A stretch of DNA of 48,864 nucleotides from a virus (Duplodnaviria > Caudoviricetes): IMG/VR virus record IMGVR_UViG_3300017758_000014, positions 1-48,864 of that record. One strand, 5' to 3'. The translations under genes were made by a program, and so were the position numbers. The notes under the pieces are model-generated. The model was not told the DNA's origin. It worked only from the letters and a program-made list of their open reading frames with translations, and ran no database searches. This document shows, piece after piece, positions 26,759 to 36,158 of the stretch (positions are counted from its first letter, which is position 1; each line of letters opens with the position of its first letter).

Positions 26759-27955
26759 TTAGTCGCCTCTTCCCTCAGGGAACAAATAGCATGCATTTCT
26801 AAACAAAGAATCTGCAACGTTTCCATAACCACCGCCACATCTGTGTATTCTGAAACAGCGGTAATATTTGCCGTCCTTTTCTACTCTTTCACCATAACCG
26901 AAACTTTCATCATTAGTTCTAAAGATATTCATCAACCTTGGAAATGCATGATAATCATAATGGTTATTACTTCTATTAACATAACCAATATAAGACCATG
27001 CTGTTAATGGTTGCATCAAATATCCAGTATCACCGTTTGCTACAGGTATTTGCGTTGGCATATCATACCATGGTGGTGGGAAGATAGATGGATACTCTGA
27101 ATAATTCGCGTTTGTAGTTGTATAACCCCAATGATAATGACTCCCCAGTCCAGCAGAAGTATTTTTAATTCCATTTGCTCCTGGTCTGTGTTTCATACCA
27201 ATTGTCAATCGCTTTGAATATGAGGTCGATGATGTCGATCCTGCTGTAGGATCAGCATCATTTCTTAGTCTTCGATCAGCAGCATTGATGGTATATTGCG
27301 GACAATAGAAGTTATTCCCACCCCATAAATGTCTCATCAAGTCTGGACTAAATTCAAGGTCTGATAAGACATGTGTGTAAAAATTACCTGTCACCACATT
27401 TGAAAGTTCGACCCACATACCAAATAATTTATCAGTCATCAGAACGTGAATTGCATAACATTGACTAGGATTTAGTGGAGTTCTCCACTGTGATGAACCA
27501 GTATCTCCAGTCCAAGAACCTGTAGTTGTACCTGTACTATATGGAAATGCCTGTGAGTCTGCTTTATCAGTAGTACGACATATCAACCCATAAGTGTTCA
27601 TCCATTTAATTGTGATATAATTATAAGAACCAAAGTTTGCATCTGTGCTATCAGTTTCTTGATTGCCGTAGTGATATTTTTTAAATGTAATGTACTGAAG
27701 ACTATACGCAGCATTAGAAGTATTGTTTCCAGCAATGTTTCTATAAATATTTGCTGATGGTCTATCTGACGCACCGTTTATAATCACTGAAGAAGCAGTA
27801 TTAATTACTGTCGAATCCATCTGCGCTGTTGTGGTACGAGATCCACTCAAGAATAATTGAATTTCATTCAGAACATTGCGTCGATAAGTGTCAACAGCGA
27901 GGTTTGTAGAACCACCCCAAGATGTATGATTCATTACTAGTTTTAAATATGCCAT
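26759..27955 (-). CDS. Hypothetical virion structural protein
   Basis: 398 aa, rich in Thr/Ser/Gly/Tyr, within the fibre cluster. Confidence 0.55.
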   Translation of the reverse strand: MAYLKLVMNHTSWGGSTNLAVDTYRRNVLNEIQLFLSGSRTTTAQMDSTVINTASSVIINGASDRPSANIYRNIAGNNTSNAAYSLQYITFKKYHYGNQETDSTDANFGSYNYITIKWMNTYGLICRTTDKADSQAFPYSTGTTTGSWTGDTGSSQWRTPLNPSQCYAIHVLMTDKLFGMWVELSNVVTGNFYTHVLSDLEFSPDLMRHLWGGNNFYCPQYTINAADRRLRNDADPTAGSTSSTSYSKRLTIGMKHRPGANGIKNTSAGLGSHYHWGYTTTNANYSEYPSIFPPPWYDMPTQIPVANGDTGYLMQPLTAWSYIGYVNRSNNHYDYHAFPRLMNIFRTNDESFGYGERVEKDGKYYRCFRIHRCGGGYGNVADSLFRNACYLFPEGRGD

Positions 27956-28230
27956 TAGTGTAACTCCTCTAAGTCGCTATTTGACGAATCATAGTCATGC
28001 CCACCCAAAACAAATATGTTTGTTACACCGCCTGACTGATGACCGATCTCTTCTGTACCGAATGAATAGTTAGTAATCAGATTTGGTAGATCATCATCAG
28101 ACACTCCGATAATACGATACCAATGGGCAGAATCCCAATTTATGTTGGACGCTGTTAGTGGAGTTCCTACTGAATCTGTAAGTTTAAATAGATCGAGCGC
28201 ACTTTGTTTAGCGTCTGAATCCCATGCCAT
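27955..28230 (-). CDS. Hypothetical virion protein
   Basis: 91 aa with an AAGGAG SD. Confidence 0.6.
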   Translation of the reverse strand: MAWDSDAKQSALDLFKLTDSVGTPLTASNINWDSAHWYRIIGVSDDDLPNLITNYSFGTEEIGHQSGGVTNIFVLGGHDYDSSNSDLEELH

Positions 28231-28242
28231 TATTTTTTCTCC

Positions 28243-29754
28243 TTATTTATACGATATAACGACATTCAAATCAGATCCTGCTGTCGAAGAACCAATCTGT
28301 GTTATGTCAATAGTTAGATAGTCACCTTCAGCGACTGATAAGTTTAGACCTGTTGTAACATCAGTGGTAGAACCAGCAGCGATGTTGAAAGTTTGTATTG
28401 ATGTCCCATTTTTCTTTAACGTCATATTTAGTGCTGCTCCAGCAGATGAAGTCGCAACATGTGTTCTTATTTTCGTAATGGTTACAGCACGAGGAGAATA
28501 CCATCTTGCAGTACCAGTGTTCACAGTAAGAACACCATCTTGAACAAATGTAGTGTTATTCTCTTTTTGTACATCCGTATTTGTAGAGATTATACCTTCA
28601 ACCTTTGCGGAATCAAGAGCACCTGACACAAACGTTTCGCTTGAATCAAGGATATTTTTCTCTTGCATAAATGCTTTCATTCTATTTTCATTTATGGAAT
28701 TTACACCTATTTCTTCTTTAATACGATCTACAAATGAGGTGGTTTTATCCATATATTCTCTAAGGTCTTGTGCGACAAATTTACCTTTCGCCTCATCAAA
28801 CGTTAGACACATCTGACTCTTTATAGATGGAAGATCCTTTACAGGAACTTCAGTAGCATGCCCTTCTTGAGAATGCTGTAGATAAATTATATCAATCCCA
28901 CTGCCGTCTGAATCTACTTTAAGATCTTGAATTGTGATAGTACCACGCATTGCAGCATGCACACCACATTGATATGTTAGTGTATCAGGCGCATCAGCAG
29001 GAACAATAAACGTCATTGTTGCGTTATTATTTGCTCTTGAATTTGTAACACCAGTTGTGTATTCACCAACGTAGTTACCAGAAACAAAGTTAGCACCATC
29101 ATCTGTCGAAAGATAAATCGGATGTCCGCTTGTTGTTGCATCCATAACAAACTGATATGTGTTGCCTCTATACAATGGACCGAGTGGTGAATTGTTTCCT
29201 GTTCTAATTCCAGTAAAAACATATGCTCCTGAAACAGCACCAATATTGTATGTGTGCGTTGAAGTATTCAATGTTGGTATTGTATAACTAGTTGGAACAG
29301 ACCATGTTAGTCTTTGCGCTCTTGTTGCAGAATCAGTTCCAGACGTGTCTGTTACTCCAGCAAAAGAATAGTTTCCGCTGTCATACGTTACCCAATCAAC
29401 GAGGTTTGCTGATCCTGCCTCTTTAACCCATTTCAAAAATATTTTATGAGTTTGTGTTGATTCGCCTCGTGTTCTAAATGCAGTAAAATTATCTAGAGTA
29501 TATGTTCCTGCTCTGTAAATAGGAACATCGTTTTGTGGTTGCATAGTAATTGTGACTCTTTCATATGGAAGAGTCGTCGGTTTCCATGACCATTTCCAGT
29601 CAGGCATACCTCCTGCTGAATCTACATCAGCAGCAAAAAGTAATGTTTCTGGTTCGATCGTTTGATCAATCAAAGCATCAAAGGCAGTAGATTTAATATC
29701 GCCTGAAGAATCTTCAATCAGCGATGCCATTTGTCTATTTCTTGATATGGGCAT
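28243..29754 (-). CDS. Virion structural protein with cupredoxin-like domain
   Basis: LYRGNTYQF...GHP...F.VP.DAPDTL.YQCGVHAAMRG, plus a C-terminal beta-sandwich ending GDYLTIDITQIGS..AGSDL.V. Confidence 0.7.
   Translation of the reverse strand: MPISRNRQMASLIEDSSGDIKSTAFDALIDQTIEPETLLFAADVDSAGGMPDWKWSWKPTTLPYERVTITMQPQNDVPIYRAGTYTLDNFTAFRTRGESTQTHKIFLKWVKEAGSANLVDWVTYDSGNYSFAGVTDTSGTDSATRAQRLTWSVPTSYTIPTLNTSTHTYNIGAVSGAYVFTGIRTGNNSPLGPLYRGNTYQFVMDATTSGHPIYLSTDDGANFVSGNYVGEYTTGVTNSRANNNATMTFIVPADAPDTLTYQCGVHAAMRGTITIQDLKVDSDGSGIDIIYLQHSQEGHATEVPVKDLPSIKSQMCLTFDEAKGKFVAQDLREYMDKTTSFVDRIKEEIGVNSINENRMKAFMQEKNILDSSETFVSGALDSAKVEGIISTNTDVQKENNTTFVQDGVLTVNTGTARWYSPRAVTITKIRTHVATSSAGAALNMTLKKNGTSIQTFNIAAGSTTDVTTGLNLSVAEGDYLTIDITQIGSSTAGSDLNVVISYK
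28244..28251 (-). promoter_or_regulatory. Possible T4 late promoter
   Basis: TATAAATA formed by the final codons TAT AAA TAA of the upstream gene. Confidence 0.4.
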
Positions 29755-30251
29755 TATACTAACTCAAAATATGTGAATCGGAAAGATGCATTAAATGTAA
29801 TAAACTCCGAACCAGAAGCAGTAGATTCGAAATTTATATCACCAAGCGATGTTGGAACAGCATCTAGATACCTAATTTGTTTCGTTTGATTATTGTGACT
29901 TGATAAAATTGATAATGTTATATCAGCATAAGTTGGCGGTGCTGTCATGCTGACACGAGACTGACCCATGTTAGTTTCTAATAACCTTCTCACCCAATTG
30001 AACATTTCGCTGTAACCTTCCAAATTTTCGTCAAGTAAAATATTGCAAGAAAGTTCATTGAAGGTTAATGATTCGCCTGGAACTGGTACACCTGATATCC
30101 TACGAAAAGGAACTTCTACTGCAGTCATCAACATCCCTGGATGCGTCACGTTTTGGCAGAAGAACTCCAAATTTGGATAGTTCTTACGATCAATAACCAA
30201 TTTAAAACTGGTCGGTTGTAAGTAATTAAAATTCTCTGTTAAAGTCGCCAT
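29754..30251 (-). CDS. gp3: Tail completion / tube terminator protein (T4 gp3-like)
   Basis: NYLQPT.FK, FFCQ....PG, DE.L..Y.E...W, DITL.ILSS and P.SL....F; located directly after gp23. Confidence 0.8.
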   Translation of the reverse strand: MATLTENFNYLQPTSFKLVIDRKNYPNLEFFCQNVTHPGMLMTAVEVPFRRISGVPVPGESLTFNELSCNILLDENLEGYSEMFNWVRRLLETNMGQSRVSMTAPPTYADITLSILSSHNNQTKQIRYLDAVPTSLGDINFESTASGSEFITFNASFRFTYFELV

Positions 30252-30256
30252 GAGAC

Positions 30257-30264
30257 TATTTATA
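30257..30264 (-). promoter_or_regulatory. T4 late promoter
   Basis: TATAAATA 5 nt upstream of the gp3 ATG, just past the gp23 terminator. Confidence 0.8.
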
Positions 30265-30277
30265 AGAAAAGCAAGTT

Positions 30278-30307
30278 AAAAAAAAGGAGCACCCGAAGAT
30301 GCTCCTC
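30278..30307 (-). terminator. Intrinsic terminator after the major capsid gene
   Basis: GGAGCATC-TTCG-GGTGCTCC hairpin (cUUCGg tetraloop) followed by a T run. Confidence 0.95.
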
Positions 30308-30327
30308 TTTTATTGATATTAAATCGT

Positions 30328-31659
30328 TTATGCTCCGAGGATGTTGTCCACGCGGAAGATACGATAATATTGGTTTGTCTTTGCTGCTGCAAGACCAGAT
30401 GCTGGTGCTGCTCCAACGTATGGATTTGAGACCATGCCGTAGCGAGTCTTGAATCCAATTTTTGGTTGGAAAGTGTCTTCACCAACCGCACGCACCATTG
30501 TTAATGGAACGTATGGGCAATAGAAGATACCAGCGTCATATGGGTTTGTACCCTTATAACCAACGTTTACATAGTCTGCTGTTGCATATGGATCAACATA
30601 TACACGCATACGACCGTTCATTACACCAGCGAATGTGTTGCCTGTGTCATCAACGTTCAGGTTTGTTGACAATGCTGGAGCATAGTCAAGCATGCCTGAT
30701 GCTGCAAGTGCAGATGCTACGTCAGAAGAACAGACCATGAAGTTACCTTTGCCCCGACGTGTGTCTTTAGCAATTTGGTTCGCTTCGCGCTCGATCTGCA
30801 TGATCAGACCTTTGAACTTCTCAACTGACCAGCGACCGTCTGCATCTGTCTGTACGTCGAAGATACCATTGATTGCTGTGTTACCAGTGCCTGCACCAGT
30901 TTTTGCCTGTGAGTTGATTGTGCGAATTACTTCACGGTTGATTTCCGCCATGATTTCTGTTGACAGAATATTCGCTAGTTCTGTTTCTGCGTCAAGACCA
31001 TGAATCGCTTTCAAGTCCTGTGCAAGTTCTAGAGTGTATTCTGCTTTCAGCGCACGTGACTTTGCAGTCACTGTTGCTTTTTCAATGGTGAAACCCATTT
31101 CAGCAAACTGCTCTGCTGCTGCTCCACCCAACTCTTCTGCTTCTGCAGTTGTGTATGGGTCGATGCCTGCCAATGGATCATTACGCTCGTTGTCGATGCT
31201 TGAGTCGCTGTTACCATCTGCAATACCTGCTAGACCTGATGGATCTGCAGTTTGTGTTGTTGTGTTTGAATCGCCTGAGAAGTTAGCAATTGCTTCGTTT
31301 ACTAATGCTTCTGTTCCGACGTTTGCACCTGATTTTTGTGTCTTATACTGTGACTTCATTGCGAAGATCAGACCAGTTGGACCTGACATTGGCTGAACAC
31401 CACAGATATCGTATGCCATTAGGTTTGGCATTGCACGACGCACAAGTGCGATTAGTACTGGGTTCCAGTTTGCAACTGAACCAGTGTTGTTTGCAGGAAC
31501 TGCTTCGTTCAACTGTGCTGCTTGCTCAGCGAAGTCACGCTCCTGGTTTTCGAGAATTGCAGCAGTTACTGCTTTACGATGGTTATCTGTGATCTTACCT
31601 GCTGACTCTTCGTTCAGTACAGGTGCCCACTTTTCCATCAAGTTATCGTAAGATGACAT
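30328..31659 (-). CDS. gp23: Major capsid protein
   Basis: LVRRAMPNL.AYDICGVQPM.GPTGLIFAM, KSRALKAEYT.ELAQDLKAIHGLDAE.EL, YCPYVPL and FQPKIGFKTRYG. Confidence 0.99.
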   Translation of the reverse strand: MSSYDNLMEKWAPVLNEESAGKITDNHRKAVTAAILENQERDFAEQAAQLNEAVPANNTGSVANWNPVLIALVRRAMPNLMAYDICGVQPMSGPTGLIFAMKSQYKTQKSGANVGTEALVNEAIANFSGDSNTTTQTADPSGLAGIADGNSDSSIDNERNDPLAGIDPYTTAEAEELGGAAAEQFAEMGFTIEKATVTAKSRALKAEYTLELAQDLKAIHGLDAETELANILSTEIMAEINREVIRTINSQAKTGAGTGNTAINGIFDVQTDADGRWSVEKFKGLIMQIEREANQIAKDTRRGKGNFMVCSSDVASALAASGMLDYAPALSTNLNVDDTGNTFAGVMNGRMRVYVDPYATADYVNVGYKGTNPYDAGIFYCPYVPLTMVRAVGEDTFQPKIGFKTRYGMVSNPYVGAAPASGLAAAKTNQYYRIFRVDNILGA

Positions 31660-31673
31660 ATTAAGGACTCCCT

Positions 31674-32738
31674 TTATTTAGATGTCTTTTGGATTGCTTG
31701 AAGATACTGTGACATTGCGTTAGATGATTCAACGACAGTATTTGTATCGTCTAGATCTTCTTCGATGTCAACAGACTCGGATGCTTTTTTGGTGAAGTAT
31801 GATTCTTTGATGGTGTTTACTTTTTCTGCGAAAGTATCGGCATCATCAAAGTCAAGGTCTTCTGCCAATTTTTTCAATTTCTCAACCTGAGTTTCTGCTA
31901 AGTCTGTTGCTGCTTCACGAATGATAGCATCACGCTTCAGCGTTTCCAGTTCCTCTTGCATTGAAATTTGTTTTGCAACTGCAGTGTTTACAGACTCTTC
32001 GAGTTCTGCGTTTTCTGCAGCAAGTTCGTCAACCAGATCGACTTTAGACTCTGGCACTTCGATGTATGATTCTGTGAACAGATCTTTCAGTGAAGTCATA
32101 AACTTCTCTGCAATTTCTGTGCGCAGACCATTTTCTACTGCCAACTTATTGTCTTCCATCCATTGCTCGACAACGTAGTTCAGATAATTATCCACTTTTT
32201 CTACGAGGTCTGATTTTGTTGAGGCAACTTCCTCAGCAAGTTCTTCTTCGTATTTTTCTTCAAGGCGATCAATCTCTTCAGATAGTTTTGATTTGATTGC
32301 TGCTTCAAAGATTGTAGATGCTTTACCTTTAAACTCATCAGACAGAGTTGCCTCTGACTCAACAAGTGCATTAAGATCAGCAGAGAAATCAACGTCAACG
32401 TCTAATTCAGAAGTTTCTGCAACGACTTGTGCATCATCTGCATAGTCATCGAAGTCTTCTGTCTTGTACATTGCCATCAATTTTTCTTTGTTCATGCCTT
32501 GCATTTTTGCTACCATAGATGCCATTAGCGCACCTTTAGTTTTAGGCATTGGATCCTGCTTGGTTGCGTCACCTTTACGTTTTGGTGCAGAACCTGTAGC
32601 ATCACCTGCTTTATCAACTGCAGCAACTGATTGTGCTTCAGCATTTTTAGGATCGTGAGTATTTCCTTCCACAACTTCGTCTGTTACTTCGTCATGGAGT
32701 TCAACGTCTTGATCTTCGATCATTTGATCATCAGTCAT
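31674..32738 (-). CDS. gp22: Prohead core scaffolding protein
   Basis: LSDEFK.KA.TIFEAA, VD.YL.YVVE.W..N..A...GLR and M..Y; acidic coiled coil between gp21 and gp23. Confidence 0.95.
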   Translation of the reverse strand: MTDDQMIEDQDVELHDEVTDEVVEGNTHDPKNAEAQSVAAVDKAGDATGSAPKRKGDATKQDPMPKTKGALMASMVAKMQGMNKEKLMAMYKTEDFDDYADDAQVVAETSELDVDVDFSADLNALVESEATLSDEFKGKASTIFEAAIKSKLSEEIDRLEEKYEEELAEEVASTKSDLVEKVDNYLNYVVEQWMEDNKLAVENGLRTEIAEKFMTSLKDLFTESYIEVPESKVDLVDELAAENAELEESVNTAVAKQISMQEELETLKRDAIIREAATDLAETQVEKLKKLAEDLDFDDADTFAEKVNTIKESYFTKKASESVDIEEDLDDTNTVVESSNAMSQYLQAIQKTSK

Positions 32739-32752
32739 GAATGACTCCTTTT

Positions 32753-33409
32753 TTATTTAGTTTTGAGTAACGAGAGGAAATTCTTAAACTCACGAACATT
32801 TGCCTCATAGAGATCTGCACGCGGAGTCCTTTTAATTTCTGTCTCAATTTGTTCAATTGCTTGGCGTTCGATAATGCCATTATTCCAAATCCAGTCTACA
32901 CCTTCCATAACGCCATTTACAAATGCTGACGGTGCTGATGGATCTTGCACAATGTCTACCGCATTGAGGAGAAAATCTCCCTTAACGATCATTGCTTCAT
33001 TACCTCTTTCCAAACTTCCCATACCACGAGTCGAGACGCCCAGTTGCACGCCACCATCGAGTAGACCTTTTACAATCTTTCCCATTGGCGTGTCCAAAAT
33101 AGTCGCCTTGCCCACAACATCATTACCCTTCCAATCAAGGGATTCGATTTTGTGAGAAACTTTATCTAGATTAACGGTTGGACCTTCGGGGTGATTCAAT
33201 TCACCAACCGCTCTACCCTTAGACACTTGCTCGTTATTATATTTTGCGAGTGCCTTTTCCATAATTGGTTTAGGATAGATCCGACCGTTACGATTCTTTT
33301 GTTCTGCTTGCATGAAGACACCTTCAATAGCATATGTCTTTTCACCGTTATCTTTCGATTCGGTTATAACTTCCAAATGTTGATCTGTATATTCTGCAAT
33401 CAGTTTCAT
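32753..33409 (-). CDS. gp21: Prohead protease
   Basis: IEGVFMQAE.KNRNGR.Y, GELNHP, GVSTRG.GS and DIV.DPSAP.AFV. Confidence 0.97.
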   Translation of the reverse strand: MKLIAEYTDQHLEVITESKDNGEKTYAIEGVFMQAEQKNRNGRIYPKPIMEKALAKYNNEQVSKGRAVGELNHPEGPTVNLDKVSHKIESLDWKGNDVVGKATILDTPMGKIVKGLLDGGVQLGVSTRGMGSLERGNEAMIVKGDFLLNAVDIVQDPSAPSAFVNGVMEGVDWIWNNGIIERQAIEQIETEIKRTPRADLYEANVREFKNFLSLLKTK

Positions 33410-33618
33410 TTGTTAAGAACCTTTATAAATTCTGTTGCTGCTTTTTCCGCTTCTTTCTCTGACTTGTATGCATCAAGTCTATCACCGTCTACATAGGCAA
33501 CATATTGGTTGCGATCTTTATAGACCATAATCTGGATCTTGCCAAGTTTTTTGTTGACAACAAGTTGTCCGCTTGGTTTTCTTCCAGTTAATTCTCGAAT
33601 TTGCGTAAAAGTTTTCAT
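33406..33618 (-). CDS. Small prohead core protein (gp68-like position)
   Basis: MKTF..IRE N-terminus; sits between the portal region and gp21 with its own late promoter. Confidence 0.55.
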   Translation of the reverse strand: MKTFTQIRELTGRKPSGQLVVNKKLGKIQIMVYKDRNQYVAYVDGDRLDAYKSEKEAEKAATEFIKVLNK

Positions 33619-33625
33619 TTGACTT

Positions 33626-33633
33626 TATTTATA
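33626..33633 (-). promoter_or_regulatory. T4 late promoter
   Basis: TATAAATA 7 nt upstream of ATG 33618. Confidence 0.8.
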
Positions 33634-33688
33634 ACATTTTCAATTTTCAGAGTCTAAACATTGAAGAATCTTTATTTCTTCAATTTCA

Positions 33689-34009
33689 TTATTCCTCGGA
33701 TTCTTCACCTTCTTCAGAATCCACTCCGACTTCCACATCATCACCGGACTCTGGTAAATCTTCTTCGCTTTCTTCCGAATCGGATTCAGTTTCGGTTTCT
33801 TCTTCATCATCCTCCAACTCCAGTTCTAGTTGGTCATCGTCATCCTCATCTTCGATGCCATTGTAAATCTGGTCGGCAAGACGAACCTTCTCTTGATCCA
33901 TAATGTCTGATAGTTTGACTGTCATAACATCGCCAAAAGTTTTGTTCGCACTGTTAAAGTCTTGATCAATTGCTTGTTGGATCAAATCTTTTACTGCTGC
34001 TTCACTCAT
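33689..34009 (-). CDS. Acidic prohead core protein (gp67-like)
   Basis: Helical N-terminus and a very acidic C-terminal half, directly downstream of the portal gene. Confidence 0.7.
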   Translation of the reverse strand: MSEAAVKDLIQQAIDQDFNSANKTFGDVMTVKLSDIMDQEKVRLADQIYNGIEDEDDDDQLELELEDDEEETETESDSEESEEDLPESGDDVEVGVDSEEGEESEE

Positions 34010-34018
34010 TATATTCTC

Positions 34019-35560
34019 CTAATTATTTTCTAAATCATTATCATTCTGTTGTTGAGAGTCACCCTCATCATCAGATTCTTCGTCGGAAGGATCTTCTCCT
34101 GCCATTTGTTTATTCATCTGCTCAATATCTTCATCAGAAAGATGAAGTACATTCTTTTGTATATATTCCTTTGAGAAATACTCACCAACATAGTTTGAGA
34201 CACGGTCTAATGTTTCCAAACGCTCACGAAGCATTTCAGCATCACGAAGTTCGGTAAAGTGATTGTCCTTTTGATAATCGACTGTGATATCATTTTTCCA
34301 GTTGTCCCAATCTTCTTCGGTAATAATACCCTTCATGATAAGTTGGGTTTTTAATATACCATAGAAAAGGTGAGAGAATCTAGAACGAAGTCTATCAACA
34401 AACTTTTGAAATTTAAGTTCATCTCGGTTGATTTCTGTAGAACGACCGAGGATACCCGATACTGATTCTACATCCAATCTACTGATAGGAACGTTTAAAG
34501 AACGATACATCCTCTTTTGGAAATAAACGATATCGTCAATCTGACCTAAGTTTTCTCCACCAGGAAGTGTAGAAATTTCTGTACCTCTACCACCTTCACG
34601 ACGTGGTAACCAAAAGTCTTCAAGCAATGACTGATGTTTACGATCATCTCTAATCTCGCCAGTCTTAGCATCATAAACAAGTTTGTTTCTATACCTTGCC
34701 ATGATATCTTTCATGTATGCTTCTGCCTTACCCCTCGGCAAGTTGCCCACATCGATATAGAACATACGACGTTCAGGTGCACGAGCAAGACGATAGATTA
34801 CAACAGCGTCTTCCATCATGCGAAGTTGGTTAATTGGTTTCAGTGCCTTGTGTATGTGTGAAACAATTTTTTTACGATCTTCAGAAAGCAATCCTGAAGT
34901 CACGTATGAAACAGAGTCGTTTGTCATCTTTACACCAGATGTTGATGATCCTGGTTTTTCTTGATAGATGTAAAACTCTTCAGTTTTTTCAACAATTTTT
35001 GCTCCAGTGACTGGATCTTTTTTATGCTTAACTTTTTTGACCTTGCGCATTTTTGCAGCATCGATCGGACGAATCTCTTGAATCCCATCTTTAGGGTTTG
35101 ATTCGTTTAAAACTAAATGATGAAACAAACGTCCATCTACATACCAACGACGGAAAATATCATGACCTAATTCTTTGAAATTAAGCATACCATAGATGTT
35201 ATCAAATTCTTCTTTGATAAGTTTTTTCACGCGAGTTGGTGCATCGATCTGATCCATATTGAGATCGAGTGTTTGTTCTTTATTACTAGATGTTATCGAT
35301 TCGTTTACAATATCTTCAATCGCTGCATCGACTTCAGGATGCATAGCATTGCCACGATATTTCATGATTAATTGATAATTGTCTTTCGAGTCGTCACCAT
35401 CAAGATTTAAATATTGCCCATAATGTGAACCAGACGCAGTTGCATAACTTCCACCTTCGTCATCCCGTGGGGGGACGATTGAAGGAAGTTTCTCATCTTG
35501 TTTATTTTTTGATCTCTTGATTTCAAAACCAAAGAGTTTTAAACCATCATTTTCTGACAT
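34019..35560 (-). CDS. gp20: Portal vertex protein
   Basis: HPEVD.AI..IVNE, FRRWYVDGR, YRL.RAPERR.FYIDVGNLP and EDFWLPRREGGRGTEI.TLPGG. Confidence 0.99.
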   Translation of the reverse strand: MSENDGLKLFGFEIKRSKNKQDEKLPSIVPPRDDEGGSYATASGSHYGQYLNLDGDDSKDNYQLIMKYRGNAMHPEVDAAIEDIVNESITSSNKEQTLDLNMDQIDAPTRVKKLIKEEFDNIYGMLNFKELGHDIFRRWYVDGRLFHHLVLNESNPKDGIQEIRPIDAAKMRKVKKVKHKKDPVTGAKIVEKTEEFYIYQEKPGSSTSGVKMTNDSVSYVTSGLLSEDRKKIVSHIHKALKPINQLRMMEDAVVIYRLARAPERRMFYIDVGNLPRGKAEAYMKDIMARYRNKLVYDAKTGEIRDDRKHQSLLEDFWLPRREGGRGTEISTLPGGENLGQIDDIVYFQKRMYRSLNVPISRLDVESVSGILGRSTEINRDELKFQKFVDRLRSRFSHLFYGILKTQLIMKGIITEEDWDNWKNDITVDYQKDNHFTELRDAEMLRERLETLDRVSNYVGEYFSKEYIQKNVLHLSDEDIEQMNKQMAGEDPSDEESDDEGDSQQQNDNDLENN

Positions 35561-35582
35561 GTGCGATCCTCAAGTAATATTA

Positions 35583-35607
35583 GGGAGACCGAGAAAATCA
35601 GTCTCCC
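35583..35607 (-). other. Stem-loop between gp19 and gp20
   Basis: GGGAGACTGA-TTTTC-TCGGTCTCCC inverted repeat with no U tract. Confidence 0.6.
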
Positions 35608-35619
35608 CCATAAGTTTAT

Positions 35620-36147
35620 TTAGGACGTTGTATTAGAGTCCCAATACTGGTACGACCATGTACAAGTAAACCGCTCAATGTTGTCGTTATCGCCATATGC
35701 CAGAGCAATCTCTGTCAGGTTCAATGGATATGCTCCACGGAAGTTATATGTCTTGATAACATCGCCATTGCGATCTAACTGCTCAACTTTCAGGTCTGCT
35801 TCATATGCAACAGGAACTGAAAGACCAGTATTTGCACTGTGTGCATTAATACCGTTCATCCAACGCTCGATTGCATCACGAACAGCGAAGTCTGTGTCGT
35901 TGATGACAGTTGTTGACCATTCAGTAAATGTACGATCACCTGCCATTTTCAACTGGCGACCTCTGAATGGAACAACGATCTCACCAAACTGTGATGCTGG
36001 CAGCGACGCTGCTTCACACATGAATGATGTCAACTCAGCATCGCCATTAGCAAATCCTGGATAGTTAATCGTTACCTGAAAGAGATTAGGACGTGCGCCC
36101 CCACCCCTTAGTTTTGCTTTAAAGTCATCTACACCTAATATTGCCAT
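35620..36147 (-). CDS. gp19: Tail tube protein
   Basis: GGARPNLF.V, F.CEAASLP, V.FRGR.LK.AGDRTF..W and QLDR.G. Confidence 0.97.
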   Translation of the reverse strand: MAILGVDDFKAKLRGGGARPNLFQVTINYPGFANGDAELTSFMCEAASLPASQFGEIVVPFRGRQLKMAGDRTFTEWSTTVINDTDFAVRDAIERWMNGINAHSANTGLSVPVAYEADLKVEQLDRNGDVIKTYNFRGAYPLNLTEIALAYGDNDNIERFTCTWSYQYWDSNTTS

Positions 36148-36158
36148 TTTTTATCTCC

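Noticed and set aside
30276-30491. 71 aa minus-strand ORF overlapping the end of gp23
   Set aside because: Out-of-frame overlap with gp23 that runs through the terminator hairpin.
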